Positions 24,624-32,526 of a DNA stretch of 40,816 nucleotides are shown here, in pieces (positions within the stretch are counted from its first letter, which is position 1; every line of letters starts with the position of its first letter). The notes beneath the pieces are model-generated. The model had not been told where the DNA came from. It was given only the letters and a program-made list of their open reading frames with translations, and ran no database searches. Position numbers and translations under genes: made by a program. Source of the stretch: Candidatus Woesearchaeota archaeon (GTDB lineage: Archaea; Nanobdellota; Nanobdellia; Pacearchaeales; UBA12030); assembly GCA_964361585.1 (NCBI GenBank), contig CAYIBB010000003.1:1-40816 (forward strand). Direction: 5' to 3'.

Positions 24624-26909
24624 TTAAATTCTTTGCCTCTTAATTTCTTTCTTGAACCAATCTTGCCATTCTGCTAAGATGCGCTTACTCTCAAGATTAC
24701 CGACTTCCTGTAAAACACTTTCGGAAATTTGATGAAAGGCTACATTGCTCTTGACTACAAATCCTGCTTCTAACAAAGAGGGTATTTTTGTTTCTTGCGC
24801 CACTCTTACTAGTTCTTCCTTTATTCTAGAACGAAGTAGGATATTATCCCAAATCGAATCCCAATTTCCAGCCCATTCTTTAACATTGGAGGCAATTTCC
24901 TTAAGAATTTCTGATTCTCCATTCTTGAGTTCATCTGTCGGCTCTATAGAATCGTTCTGCACATTAAATTTCATCAAGTCAACAAAACCTTTCTCAGTTA
25001 ATGGATCTTGGCTCCATTTCTTTCTGACTTCGGAAATTTGTACAAGTCTTTTGAAGCTTTTGAGTGTGTCAGGACTCTTTACTGGATTCGTAACTGCTAT
25101 AATATCGATTGCCTTAAAACTTGTTGTTGGTACTTTAAGGTCATTCACAACTCGGTCGAAGACAGCATAAGGAGATGCTCCATGTATAGTTCCTGCTACT
25201 GTATTTGCCAAAGCTCCTATCCTCATTGCTTCGAACATTGCTAATGCTTCCACACTACGAACTTCTCCAACAATTAAGACTGAATCGCCCAATCTTAAGG
25301 AAGTACGAATTCCTTCATCAGCTGAAACTTCTGTACTTTCCTTTAGCAACGCAGCTCTTACTTTCATTCTTAATGTATCATAACCTAGATCTCGCATCGC
25401 ATCTATAGGAAGCTCAAGTGTATCCTCTAATGTTATCACGCGGTACTTTGGTAGTAGCTCAAATAACAAAGCAGAAAGTAGCGAAGTCTTGCCTGAACTT
25501 CTTGTTCCTGAAATTAACATTGTGCGAGAACCATCAATTAAAAAACTTAGCAGGCCTGCAGATAAAGGAGAAAGCATTTTATTTTGTATAAACAATGGCA
25601 GTGTCCATGGCTGTTCCCTATGGCGCCTGATTGCATAAGCTATACCATGAGGAGAAAGAGGCTGTTGTATTATTGCAACTCTTGCTCTAATATTTTTAAG
25701 TACAAGGTCAGTGTCAAGAATTGGATGAGCTTCATCTAAAGGCCTACCTGAAATAACTCGGAATTTTGCAGCCCAACTTTCAGCATCCTCTGAGGAAGGG
25801 ATTATGTTAGTAACACATTCATCATAATCCTGATGTCTTACAAAAATAGGGGTGCTGCCTACGGGAGAATTAATCACAATGTCCTGAAGTCTATCATCGT
25901 ACAAAAGCGTTTCAATAAGTCCAAAGCCTATAGTATGCCTAACAAGAATTGCTGCGAGATCATTTATTTGAGTGTAGCTTAGCTTTAGGTGTTTAGCATT
26001 GGCTAGCTCTGTTAACAAATCTCTGGATATGTTAAAAAAGATTTGCCTTATCCTTTCTGGATCCAAAAATTCCTCCTCTCTTGGGCGATGTTCCAGCAAG
26101 ACTTGGCGTGCAAGATCAAGAAGCCCTATAGAATCTTCATCGAGCCTAAATTCAGGAGGCAGCGCATGATACAAATACTTCACGTCTCCAGGCATTTTTA
26201 GAATGGTTATGTCACTTTTTTCACTTCCGCTAACAGAGTATTCTTCAAGAAGTTCAGCCTCAAGAGGAATATCAGTCATTAATCTCGTAAAAGTGAAGTT
26301 TGGAACTGTGTTAGCTCTAAAAATTTCATCGTAAATGTTTCTGTCTCCAATCTTAAATCCTGAAACGCTCTCTCGGATACTTCTTATTAGCTTTGTACTA
26401 TTCAAAAGACTTTGAAATTTTTCAAGTCTGGAGATGTATGACTCTGAAGCCTTTTGAGCATCCCCCTCTAAAATCTCCACTTTGAGTTTTTCCTCTCGCA
26501 AAAGTCTTGTAAGCATGACATAGCATCCTATTGGATCTGATCTCAAAAGTGTCAGAAGGAGGTACTGAAGCGCATTGAATTTATTGCCAAAAGCATTCAA
26601 TTGCCCTGGAGTTAAGCCAGTAATTGAGAGTAATCTTTCCTGCTTCAGAAGGAAATTGTACAAATTCGCTATTTCCACCAGAATTTGCGTATCCTCGTAA
26701 CTGTAAGAATAATTTTTCTGCTGTGAAAGCACAATGCGGCTAACGCGAGGATTTTCTGCCAAATTGTCAATAACTTTAGCCATGACTATTGCATCTGAAG
26801 CTATTGAAGGCACTACACTGTATTGTAAGCAATTAACATACATCACATCTTCCCGGCCTTCTTTTACAATTTCGTAACCAAAAAGCCCGGTCGTTTGTTT
26901 GAATAGCAT
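24624..26909 (-). CDS. type II/IV secretion (VirB11/TadA/ArlI-family) ATPase with a long N-terminal extension
   Basis: Walker A SGTRSSGKTS, TLEDTLEL Asp box, Walker B LIVGEVRS, GTIHG His box. Confidence 0.92.
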   Translation of the reverse strand: MLFKQTTGLFGYEIVKEGREDVMYVNCLQYSVVPSIASDAIVMAKVIDNLAENPRVSRIVLSQQKNYSYSYEDTQILVEIANLYNFLLKQERLLSITGLTPGQLNAFGNKFNALQYLLLTLLRSDPIGCYVMLTRLLREEKLKVEILEGDAQKASESYISRLEKFQSLLNSTKLIRSIRESVSGFKIGDRNIYDEIFRANTVPNFTFTRLMTDIPLEAELLEEYSVSGSEKSDITILKMPGDVKYLYHALPPEFRLDEDSIGLLDLARQVLLEHRPREEEFLDPERIRQIFFNISRDLLTELANAKHLKLSYTQINDLAAILVRHTIGFGLIETLLYDDRLQDIVINSPVGSTPIFVRHQDYDECVTNIIPSSEDAESWAAKFRVISGRPLDEAHPILDTDLVLKNIRARVAIIQQPLSPHGIAYAIRRHREQPWTLPLFIQNKMLSPLSAGLLSFLIDGSRTMLISGTRSSGKTSLLSALLFELLPKYRVITLEDTLELPIDAMRDLGYDTLRMKVRAALLKESTEVSADEGIRTSLRLGDSVLIVGEVRSVEALAMFEAMRIGALANTVAGTIHGASPYAVFDRVVNDLKVPTTSFKAIDIIAVTNPVKSPDTLKSFKRLVQISEVRKKWSQDPLTEKGFVDLMKFNVQNDSIEPTDELKNGESEILKEIASNVKEWAGNWDSIWDNILLRSRIKEELVRVAQETKIPSLLEAGFVVKSNVAFHQISESVLQEVGNLESKRILAEWQDWFKKEIKRQRI

Positions 26910-26992
26910 TTTGCTTTCCTAACTCTTTTTTTCGATTTTGAAGTAAATATTTATAAATTATTAAAATTTAAAATTAATATAGTTTTCCATCT

Positions 26993-27391
26993 GTGTTTTG
27001 GAATAAAAGAGGTAAAATGACTAATGGTGTAAATACTGTTGCTGGATTTCTTACAGATTTTTCCTCTCGTATTAAGAATTTAGAAGAACGCTATACTCTA
27101 TTGCGCGAGAGACTTCTTGTTCTTACGCAGACAGTAATCAAACGGGAGCGCGAGCTGAAGAAGGAGATCCAGATTATAGAGGATGAGCTTAAGGAAATGA
27201 AGAGAGAACTGAAAGAAAGTTCCTCGAAGATTGATCATCTTATTAAGGAAATGCCGAACTTTGCGAGAAGTGATGAGCTCAGAGTGTTGGAGAAGTATTT
27301 TAAAATGTGGGAGCCAGTTAAGTTTGCTCGAATTGAGGACGTGGAGAGAGTGGTAGATGAAAAATTAAAAAGGAGGAAAATGAAAGAATAG
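26993..27391 (+). CDS. coiled-coil hypothetical protein
   Basis: Heptad-rich 132 aa ORF, divergent from the ATPase. Confidence 0.75.
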   Translation: MFWNKRGKMTNGVNTVAGFLTDFSSRIKNLEERYTLLRERLLVLTQTVIKRERELKKEIQIIEDELKEMKRELKESSSKIDHLIKEMPNFARSDELRVLEKYFKMWEPVKFARIEDVERVVDEKLKRRKMKE

Positions 27392-27392
27392 A

Positions 27393-28103
27393 ATGCCAAT
27401 TCCACCGAAATTAATTATAGATATGCAAAGAGCTGGCATGACAGATGCACAGGTAATTCAAAATTTACGAGAGCAAGGCTACAGCGAGAAAGATATTAAT
27501 GATGCAATAAATCAGGCCACGATAAAGCAAAATGTTGAAGGGATGGAGATTCCTGTCCCTCATCCAGGAACAGTTCCAGGAATGGCCCCTTCTGTAATGA
27601 CAGAACAGTATGGGGAAGTGCCGCAGTATGCTGAACAAGGCCAAGGTTATGCGGAGCAGTCTGGAGCTGAAGGTTATGAGTATCCATATCCTGAAACATA
27701 TGCGTCTAACGAAGCTATTGAGGAAATTGCTGAGAGTATTATAGAAGAAAAGTGGCAGGATTTCAGAGAAAGGGTAGGCGATCTTAAGGGATGGAAGGAA
27801 AGACTTGAGAAGGATTTACAAAGAGCAGAAGAAAGGCTCGAGAAAGTGGAAGATTCCATAAACAATATACAAAGGGCACTTCTTGAGAAAGTTGAAGATT
27901 ATGGTAAGGGAATCAGGGGACTTGGCTCAGATGTCAGAGCTATAGAAAAAGTTCTCTCGCAAGTTCTGGATCCAATGGTTGCAAATGCAAAACAGCTTGA
28001 TAGAATTATTGCTGAACTTAAGACTAAGAAGACTAGGGAGAGGTATGAAAAATCATCTGGAGTACATAGAGCACACAAAACTCATAAAAGATCCAAAAAA
28101 TAA
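27393..28103 (+). CDS. coiled-coil hypothetical protein with a Pro/Tyr/Gln-rich linker
   Basis: N-terminal LREQGYSEKDINDA helical motif, low-complexity linker, long coiled coil. Confidence 0.78.
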   Translation: MPIPPKLIIDMQRAGMTDAQVIQNLREQGYSEKDINDAINQATIKQNVEGMEIPVPHPGTVPGMAPSVMTEQYGEVPQYAEQGQGYAEQSGAEGYEYPYPETYASNEAIEEIAESIIEEKWQDFRERVGDLKGWKERLEKDLQRAEERLEKVEDSINNIQRALLEKVEDYGKGIRGLGSDVRAIEKVLSQVLDPMVANAKQLDRIIAELKTKKTRERYEKSSGVHRAHKTHKRSKK

Positions 28104-28110
28104 ATTTAAC

Positions 28111-28692
28111 CTAACTTTTCTGTCCTAGAACCCATGCAGTAAGAGCCGCAATTATAAAGAGTAGAGAAACACCAAGTACAGCAGGATTAAATAACACACT
28201 GCGGATTTGAAAGCCAATGACCTCTGAAGGAGTTAAATTTTCAGTAGGTACAGGCATTCCTGGCGCAAAAGGAGCTAGTATAGGCCCAAACGTCTGAATT
28301 CCAGCATACAAGAAGATTATAATCAGTACTACTACAACACCCCATGCAATTGCAGTACTCTGAGTTGCTTCTATAAGTCCTAAACCACCATCCTTGTTCC
28401 CGAGCCACACATAAATCAAGAATATGAAGAGTGCAGAAACAAAAAATACTACCATCCATGGAATTAGTATACCAGTGAACTGAACTGCTAAAGGTGTAGT
28501 AACGAAGATAATCGCAATTACAAAGGAGACTAGTGCATTAGTAAAAACTGCATCTCCTAGAATTTTAGTCTTTGTTAAGAAGGCGTACATTAATGCAAAG
28601 GCAAACATGAACATAAAGAGAGGCATAAAATAAGTAAGAAGTCCTACATTAACTTGATCCCCTGCAACTTGAACTAAAAATCGTATTGGCAT
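28111..28692 (-). CDS. membrane protein, paralog 3 of a tandem triplet
   Basis: PLFMFMFAFALMYAFLTKTKILG...NALVSFVIA. Confidence 0.8.
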   Translation of the reverse strand: MPIRFLVQVAGDQVNVGLLTYFMPLFMFMFAFALMYAFLTKTKILGDAVFTNALVSFVIAIIFVTTPLAVQFTGILIPWMVVFFVSALFIFLIYVWLGNKDGGLGLIEATQSTAIAWGVVVVLIIIFLYAGIQTFGPILAPFAPGMPVPTENLTPSEVIGFQIRSVLFNPAVLGVSLLFIIAALTAWVLGQKS

Positions 28693-28765
28693 TTTTATTA
28701 TTTCTCTGGATATTATTGTTTTTATTTATTTTTATTACTATTAAACTCCGACTTAGATTTTAAAT

Positions 28766-29323
28766 TTATCCTCTTCTTCTCGTAAGCTTCTCGAGCAAAG
28801 TATCGCCTTCTCTTCCTGGAGAGAACATTACAACTATGGCCACGAGTATTGCAATTGGAATTCCCAATAAGATTATGGATGCAAAAAGAGGATTTGTAAT
28901 GAGCAATGAAGAAAATTCGAAATCAAACCCAGTTGCGCGGGCAGTTCTGCTAAACACCCAATAGAGTACACCGAGTGCAAAAATCGCCCCTAAAACTCTC
29001 CACCAGCCTTCTTCTTCTCGTAAAACAAAGAAACCTATAAACAGTAAACCAATAAGTACAACAATTAGGCCAATGGCAGCATTTGCAAACAATTCCTTAA
29101 GGATAAATCCTAGAAAGGGATTATTTATTGCGAAGAACGCGATAGCAATAGATACTACTGCATACACTCCTCTATTTCTACCTAAGATGCCACTTCTTTC
29201 GAGAATTGCAAATACTAGGGTAAAAATAAGAATGAAAGGAAGTACTATATCAAAAAGTCCGACAGATTCCCAAATTGACAATAATGAACGAAAATCAAAA
29301 AATGGAAATTGTACCTGTATCAT
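28766..29323 (-). CDS. membrane protein, paralog 2 of a tandem triplet
   Basis: GLFDIVLPFILIFTLVFAILERSGILG...YAVVSIAIA. Confidence 0.8.
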   Translation of the reverse strand: MIQVQFPFFDFRSLLSIWESVGLFDIVLPFILIFTLVFAILERSGILGRNRGVYAVVSIAIAFFAINNPFLGFILKELFANAAIGLIVVLIGLLFIGFFVLREEEGWWRVLGAIFALGVLYWVFSRTARATGFDFEFSSLLITNPLFASIILLGIPIAILVAIVVMFSPGREGDTLLEKLTRRRG

Positions 29324-29383
29324 ATCTATTTACCTCTTTTGTATATTTTCCCTATGTATTTTTTATTTTTAAATCTATTTTAA

Positions 29384-29878
29384 CTATTTTTGAGATGGTT
29401 TTATTGAGACTACAATTGCGATTACAGCAGCAATTATGATTACTAAGATAATAGCCGCCCAAAGTTCTCCAGTAATTTGGGGAGTTAGATTTGCTGCCCA
29501 GAGAAAGATAAATATTATTGCTAACCCAGAGGCAATGCCAAGAGCGATTTTAACTGCGAAAGGTAAGTTCGCCGCACCTTCTCCTCCAACAAGGCCATAA
29601 GTGATAAGGAAAAGTAAAAAGATCATAACTATAATCATAACTAGAGGAATCATTCTTTCTATAATTCCCGTAACTGCAGTAGCTCCTGTAACAATTAATG
29701 CTATAACAAAAGCAACTATGGCATCAACATTCCTTTTTTCAGATCCAAATACTTGGGCTTTTTCGAGAATTGCAAAAACTACTGTAAAGATCAAGATGAA
29801 AGGTAAAACTATCTTAAAGAAGCCTACTCTCTGTAATAATTCAATTGTGGCGTCAAGTAATGTTGCATTTTCAGGCAT
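29384..29878 (-). CDS. membrane protein, paralog 1 of a tandem triplet
   Basis: GFFKIVLPFILIFTVVFAILEKAQVFG...DAIVAFVIA. Confidence 0.8.
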   Translation of the reverse strand: MPENATLLDATIELLQRVGFFKIVLPFILIFTVVFAILEKAQVFGSEKRNVDAIVAFVIALIVTGATAVTGIIERMIPLVMIIVMIFLLFLITYGLVGGEGAANLPFAVKIALGIASGLAIIFIFLWAANLTPQITGELWAAIILVIIIAAVIAIVVSIKPSQK

Positions 29879-29989
29879 TTTTTGCCTTACCTCTTTTTAT
29901 ATCATGATATATCATAAACTATTAAATTCCTTCAGTCCTCTCTCTTCAGTCTTTTCTGGAATTCTGTCTATGGAATTTTTTAAGTAAGA

Positions 29990-30277
29990 TTACTCTTCAG
30001 TTGTCTCTTCTTCAACTACATCTTCGCGAATCGGAACTGCTGATTTGCTTATAATCACAACATCTCCGATAGCCTTCACAAAGTTATGTGGAACTACTAC
30101 ACCTTTGGCTGAACCCAGGAAATTTGATAGATTGCTACTCCTACTAATTCTGATTCGCCACATGTCCACCTTATTGTCATGCAGCGTAGCTTCCTCAACC
30201 TCTCCGAACTCCTCGCCAGCATCAGTAAATACTTGCATTCCTACTATCTCTGATATTTTTCTTATTTTTAGTGCCAT
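29990..30277 (-). CDS. PRC-barrel domain protein
   Basis: ISEIVGMQVFTDAGEEFGEVEE...VKAIGDVVII. Confidence 0.88.
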   Translation of the reverse strand: MALKIRKISEIVGMQVFTDAGEEFGEVEEATLHDNKVDMWRIRISRSSNLSNFLGSAKGVVVPHNFVKAIGDVVIISKSAVPIREDVVEEETTEE

Positions 30278-30453
30278 TTTATCCCTATTTTTTTATATTT
30301 AAGAACTTTGTGAGTAAGCTTTATATATTTTATCATTTCAGGCTCTCTACTACCCACTCAGCAACAAGTCGGAAGTCGCCCAGGGCTCAGTGAGGGCATT
30401 AAATTTAAAAGTATAAAAGGCTGGGATAAAATACTAAGAAGAAAAAGAGGAAA

Positions 30454-31200
30454 ATGTTTGACACAAAAGAAATAGGGCAGCTAGCTTTGGCATTACTTTT
30501 AATGGCTTTCCTAATATCCTTTACAAAGCTTACAGTACTTAGTTACCTCATAGCTTTGGTAATGGTTGTTATAATCTTAATTCCTCATGTGCTGGCGCAT
30601 AAAATTGTGGCTCTCAAGTATGAGGCACATTCTAGATTTCAGCTGCTGGAATGGAAGCGTTTTTGGGTTTTCGAGAGCGCAGAATTCAAGCATCCTTTCC
30701 CTATTTGGCTTGTTCTTCCTGCTCTTGTAGTTTTCCTCACACAGGGAGCTGTAAAAATTTTCACTATAGAGAGCTTTAAGCTCGAAACTAAGGAGACAAG
30801 GCTAGGAAGGAAATGGACTACAATAATGGAATCAGAAAATGCTTTTGTCGCAATGGCTGGCCCAATAGTAAATTTGGTTATTGCCTTCCTCGCCCTATTA
30901 CTTGTACCTTATTTCGAAATTATGAAAGAATTTGCGCTTCTTAATTTATGGTTTGCTTTCTTTTCTGTAATACCTTTATTTAATCTGGATGGCATTAAGA
31001 TCTTTTTTGGCGGAAAAATTCAGTGGGTATTTATTTTTATAATAACTTTGGCAATGATAGTACTTGCAAGAATAACTAATTTGTGGGTAACACTAATTGT
31101 GGCTTTATTACTAGCTCTTCTCGTAGCAGTCTGGCTTCTATTTTCAGAAACCTTTCAGCCAGCATTAAGGCGAGAAACTCTGCATATAGTAAGGCCTTGA
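30454..31200 (+). CDS. M50 (site-2 protease) family membrane protein with a degenerate active site
   Basis: HVLAH in place of HExxH, AMAGPIVN, SVIPLFNLDG. Confidence 0.8.
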   Translation: MFDTKEIGQLALALLLMAFLISFTKLTVLSYLIALVMVVIILIPHVLAHKIVALKYEAHSRFQLLEWKRFWVFESAEFKHPFPIWLVLPALVVFLTQGAVKIFTIESFKLETKETRLGRKWTTIMESENAFVAMAGPIVNLVIAFLALLLVPYFEIMKEFALLNLWFAFFSVIPLFNLDGIKIFFGGKIQWVFIFIITLAMIVLARITNLWVTLIVALLLALLVAVWLLFSETFQPALRRETLHIVRP

Positions 31201-31278
31201 TTATTAAAGTGTTAAGAGAACTGGAGGTGGGGATTTTAGAATACCATTGCTACGATACTCAATACCACAACTTGATCC

Positions 31279-31554
31279 TCAGATATAAGCCAGAATAAAA
31301 TTCTTAATCAACCATAGGGAAGCTACAACCATAATTATAGAAGGAATGGCTATGTAAACAAGCAGCGCGAAGAGAACACTTACAACTAAATCAACCTTGG
31401 ACTTTAGGTCAAAGTCAATTAAAGTGAATGTCCATGCCTTGATGATAAGTATAAAGGCAACATACAGTAAAACAGTAGAAGAAATCAAATTGAGCACAAA
31501 GAGGACTAGGAAAATCACTGCAGCAAGATCCATAAGTCCTAGTATTTTTTCCAT
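31279..31554 (-). CDS. small membrane protein
   Basis: 91 aa, almost entirely hydrophobic, internal repeat (DLAAV..LIIK / DLVVS..LIK). Confidence 0.7.
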   Translation of the reverse strand: MEKILGLMDLAAVIFLVLFVLNLISSTVLLYVAFILIIKAWTFTLIDFDLKSKVDLVVSVLFALLVYIAIPSIIMVVASLWLIKNFILAYI

Positions 31555-31584
31555 TTTACTTAGCTTATTCTATTAAGAAAGAAT

Positions 31585-32388
31585 TTATTTTTGCTTTTGA
31601 CCGTAGAGCTCTTTAAGATCTTTTCGATATGCTTCAAGTGCCTCAGGCTCAAGATGTTGCTTTGCAATTCCAAGAACTTGTTCTAAACTTGGTGCAGAAA
31701 TTCGCACGCCTTCGGCGCTTTCTCTCTCACGCACAACGCGTACCCCAAGGGCGGGACCCGAGACCACAGGAACCCAATTGCAGTCGAGGCTAGCCCCGCC
31801 GGAACCGGCACCGAACCTAGCGACATAGGTTGCTCTTGGATGCATGTAATATAATTCACCTTCAGGAATATTGCTTGGGGGCATTCCTTGCTTTGTGGCA
31901 TTATTGAGCCAGTAATCTAAGTCTATTCCTGGAACTCTACCTTCCATTAAGCACTCTTCTAGGGGCGCTGTGTATTGAGGTTTGAGTTCTCCATTTACTG
32001 TTCTGTGCTTGGAGTTTATGTATAGTACTCCATTCTTGTCTTCGAAATATGCATCTAGATGTTCAACTCTCCATGGACTTCTTATTTCCCAGATTTCATT
32101 AAGGATATTTGTTAATCTTGCAGTATCTACTCGCTTTCCATTTCCATCATAAGCTTTTCCTGGCTTGAGGAGCTTGATGAAGTCTACCCATTCTCTTGGT
32201 GGGAGCATGAATTCATCTTTTGCATGTAATGCTGTATGGGTGGCATACCAACTCGTGTCATGATGTCTTTTATCCATTGCAACTAGTAAGTCTGGGTAGG
32301 AGTAAGAACCATGGCTTTTTCCTTCTAGGATGATGTAGTTCTTTAGATCTATTTCTCTTTGTGTTATAGATTGAGTTTGGGTTCCCAT
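31585..32388 (-). CDS. probable DGR target protein (CLec/FGE-like fold) with a variable region and a C-terminal extension
   Basis: VARFGAGSGGASLDCNWVPVVSGPALGVR segment ending in the GxR motif; A-depleted, GC-rich DNA; downstream hairpin. Confidence 0.75.
   Translation of the reverse strand: MGTQTQSITQREIDLKNYIILEGKSHGSYSYPDLLVAMDKRHHDTSWYATHTALHAKDEFMLPPREWVDFIKLLKPGKAYDGNGKRVDTARLTNILNEIWEIRSPWRVEHLDAYFEDKNGVLYINSKHRTVNGELKPQYTAPLEECLMEGRVPGIDLDYWLNNATKQGMPPSNIPEGELYYMHPRATYVARFGAGSGGASLDCNWVPVVSGPALGVRVVRERESAEGVRISAPSLEQVLGIAKQHLEPEALEAYRKDLKELYGQKQK
31706..31718 (-). promoter_or_regulatory. putative DGR homing hairpin with a GAA triloop
   Basis: Coding strand GCGCC-GAA-GGCGT, about 20 nt 3' of the VR. 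Confidence 0.6.
31738..31824 (-). other. putative DGR variable region (VR)
   Basis: 87 nt with 6 A and 59 G+C on the coding strand (hand count) in an AT-rich gene; NNY codons alternate with constant codons. Confidence 0.7.
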
Positions 32389-32526
32389 TTTCCAATTAGC
32401 TTAAAAATTAAGATATTATGACATTTAAAAACCTTTCTAGTGTTACTACTTGATTGTTATAATAAGACCTAGATTCTGCTTTATAATCCAATATAAATAT
32501 ATAAATTAGAACTCCGAAGAATAGAG

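Noticed and set aside
12651-26909. Archaellum (motility) operon
   Set aside because: No archaellin-like sequence, ArlH/KaiC-like ATPase or ArlF/G recognised; the pilins carry unrelated cargo domains
30339-30398. SRP RNA, RNase P RNA or DGR template repeat
   Set aside because: Too short; the AGCA/GGAA/CAGG words are in the wrong order for SRP helix 8; no similarity to the VR at 31738-31824
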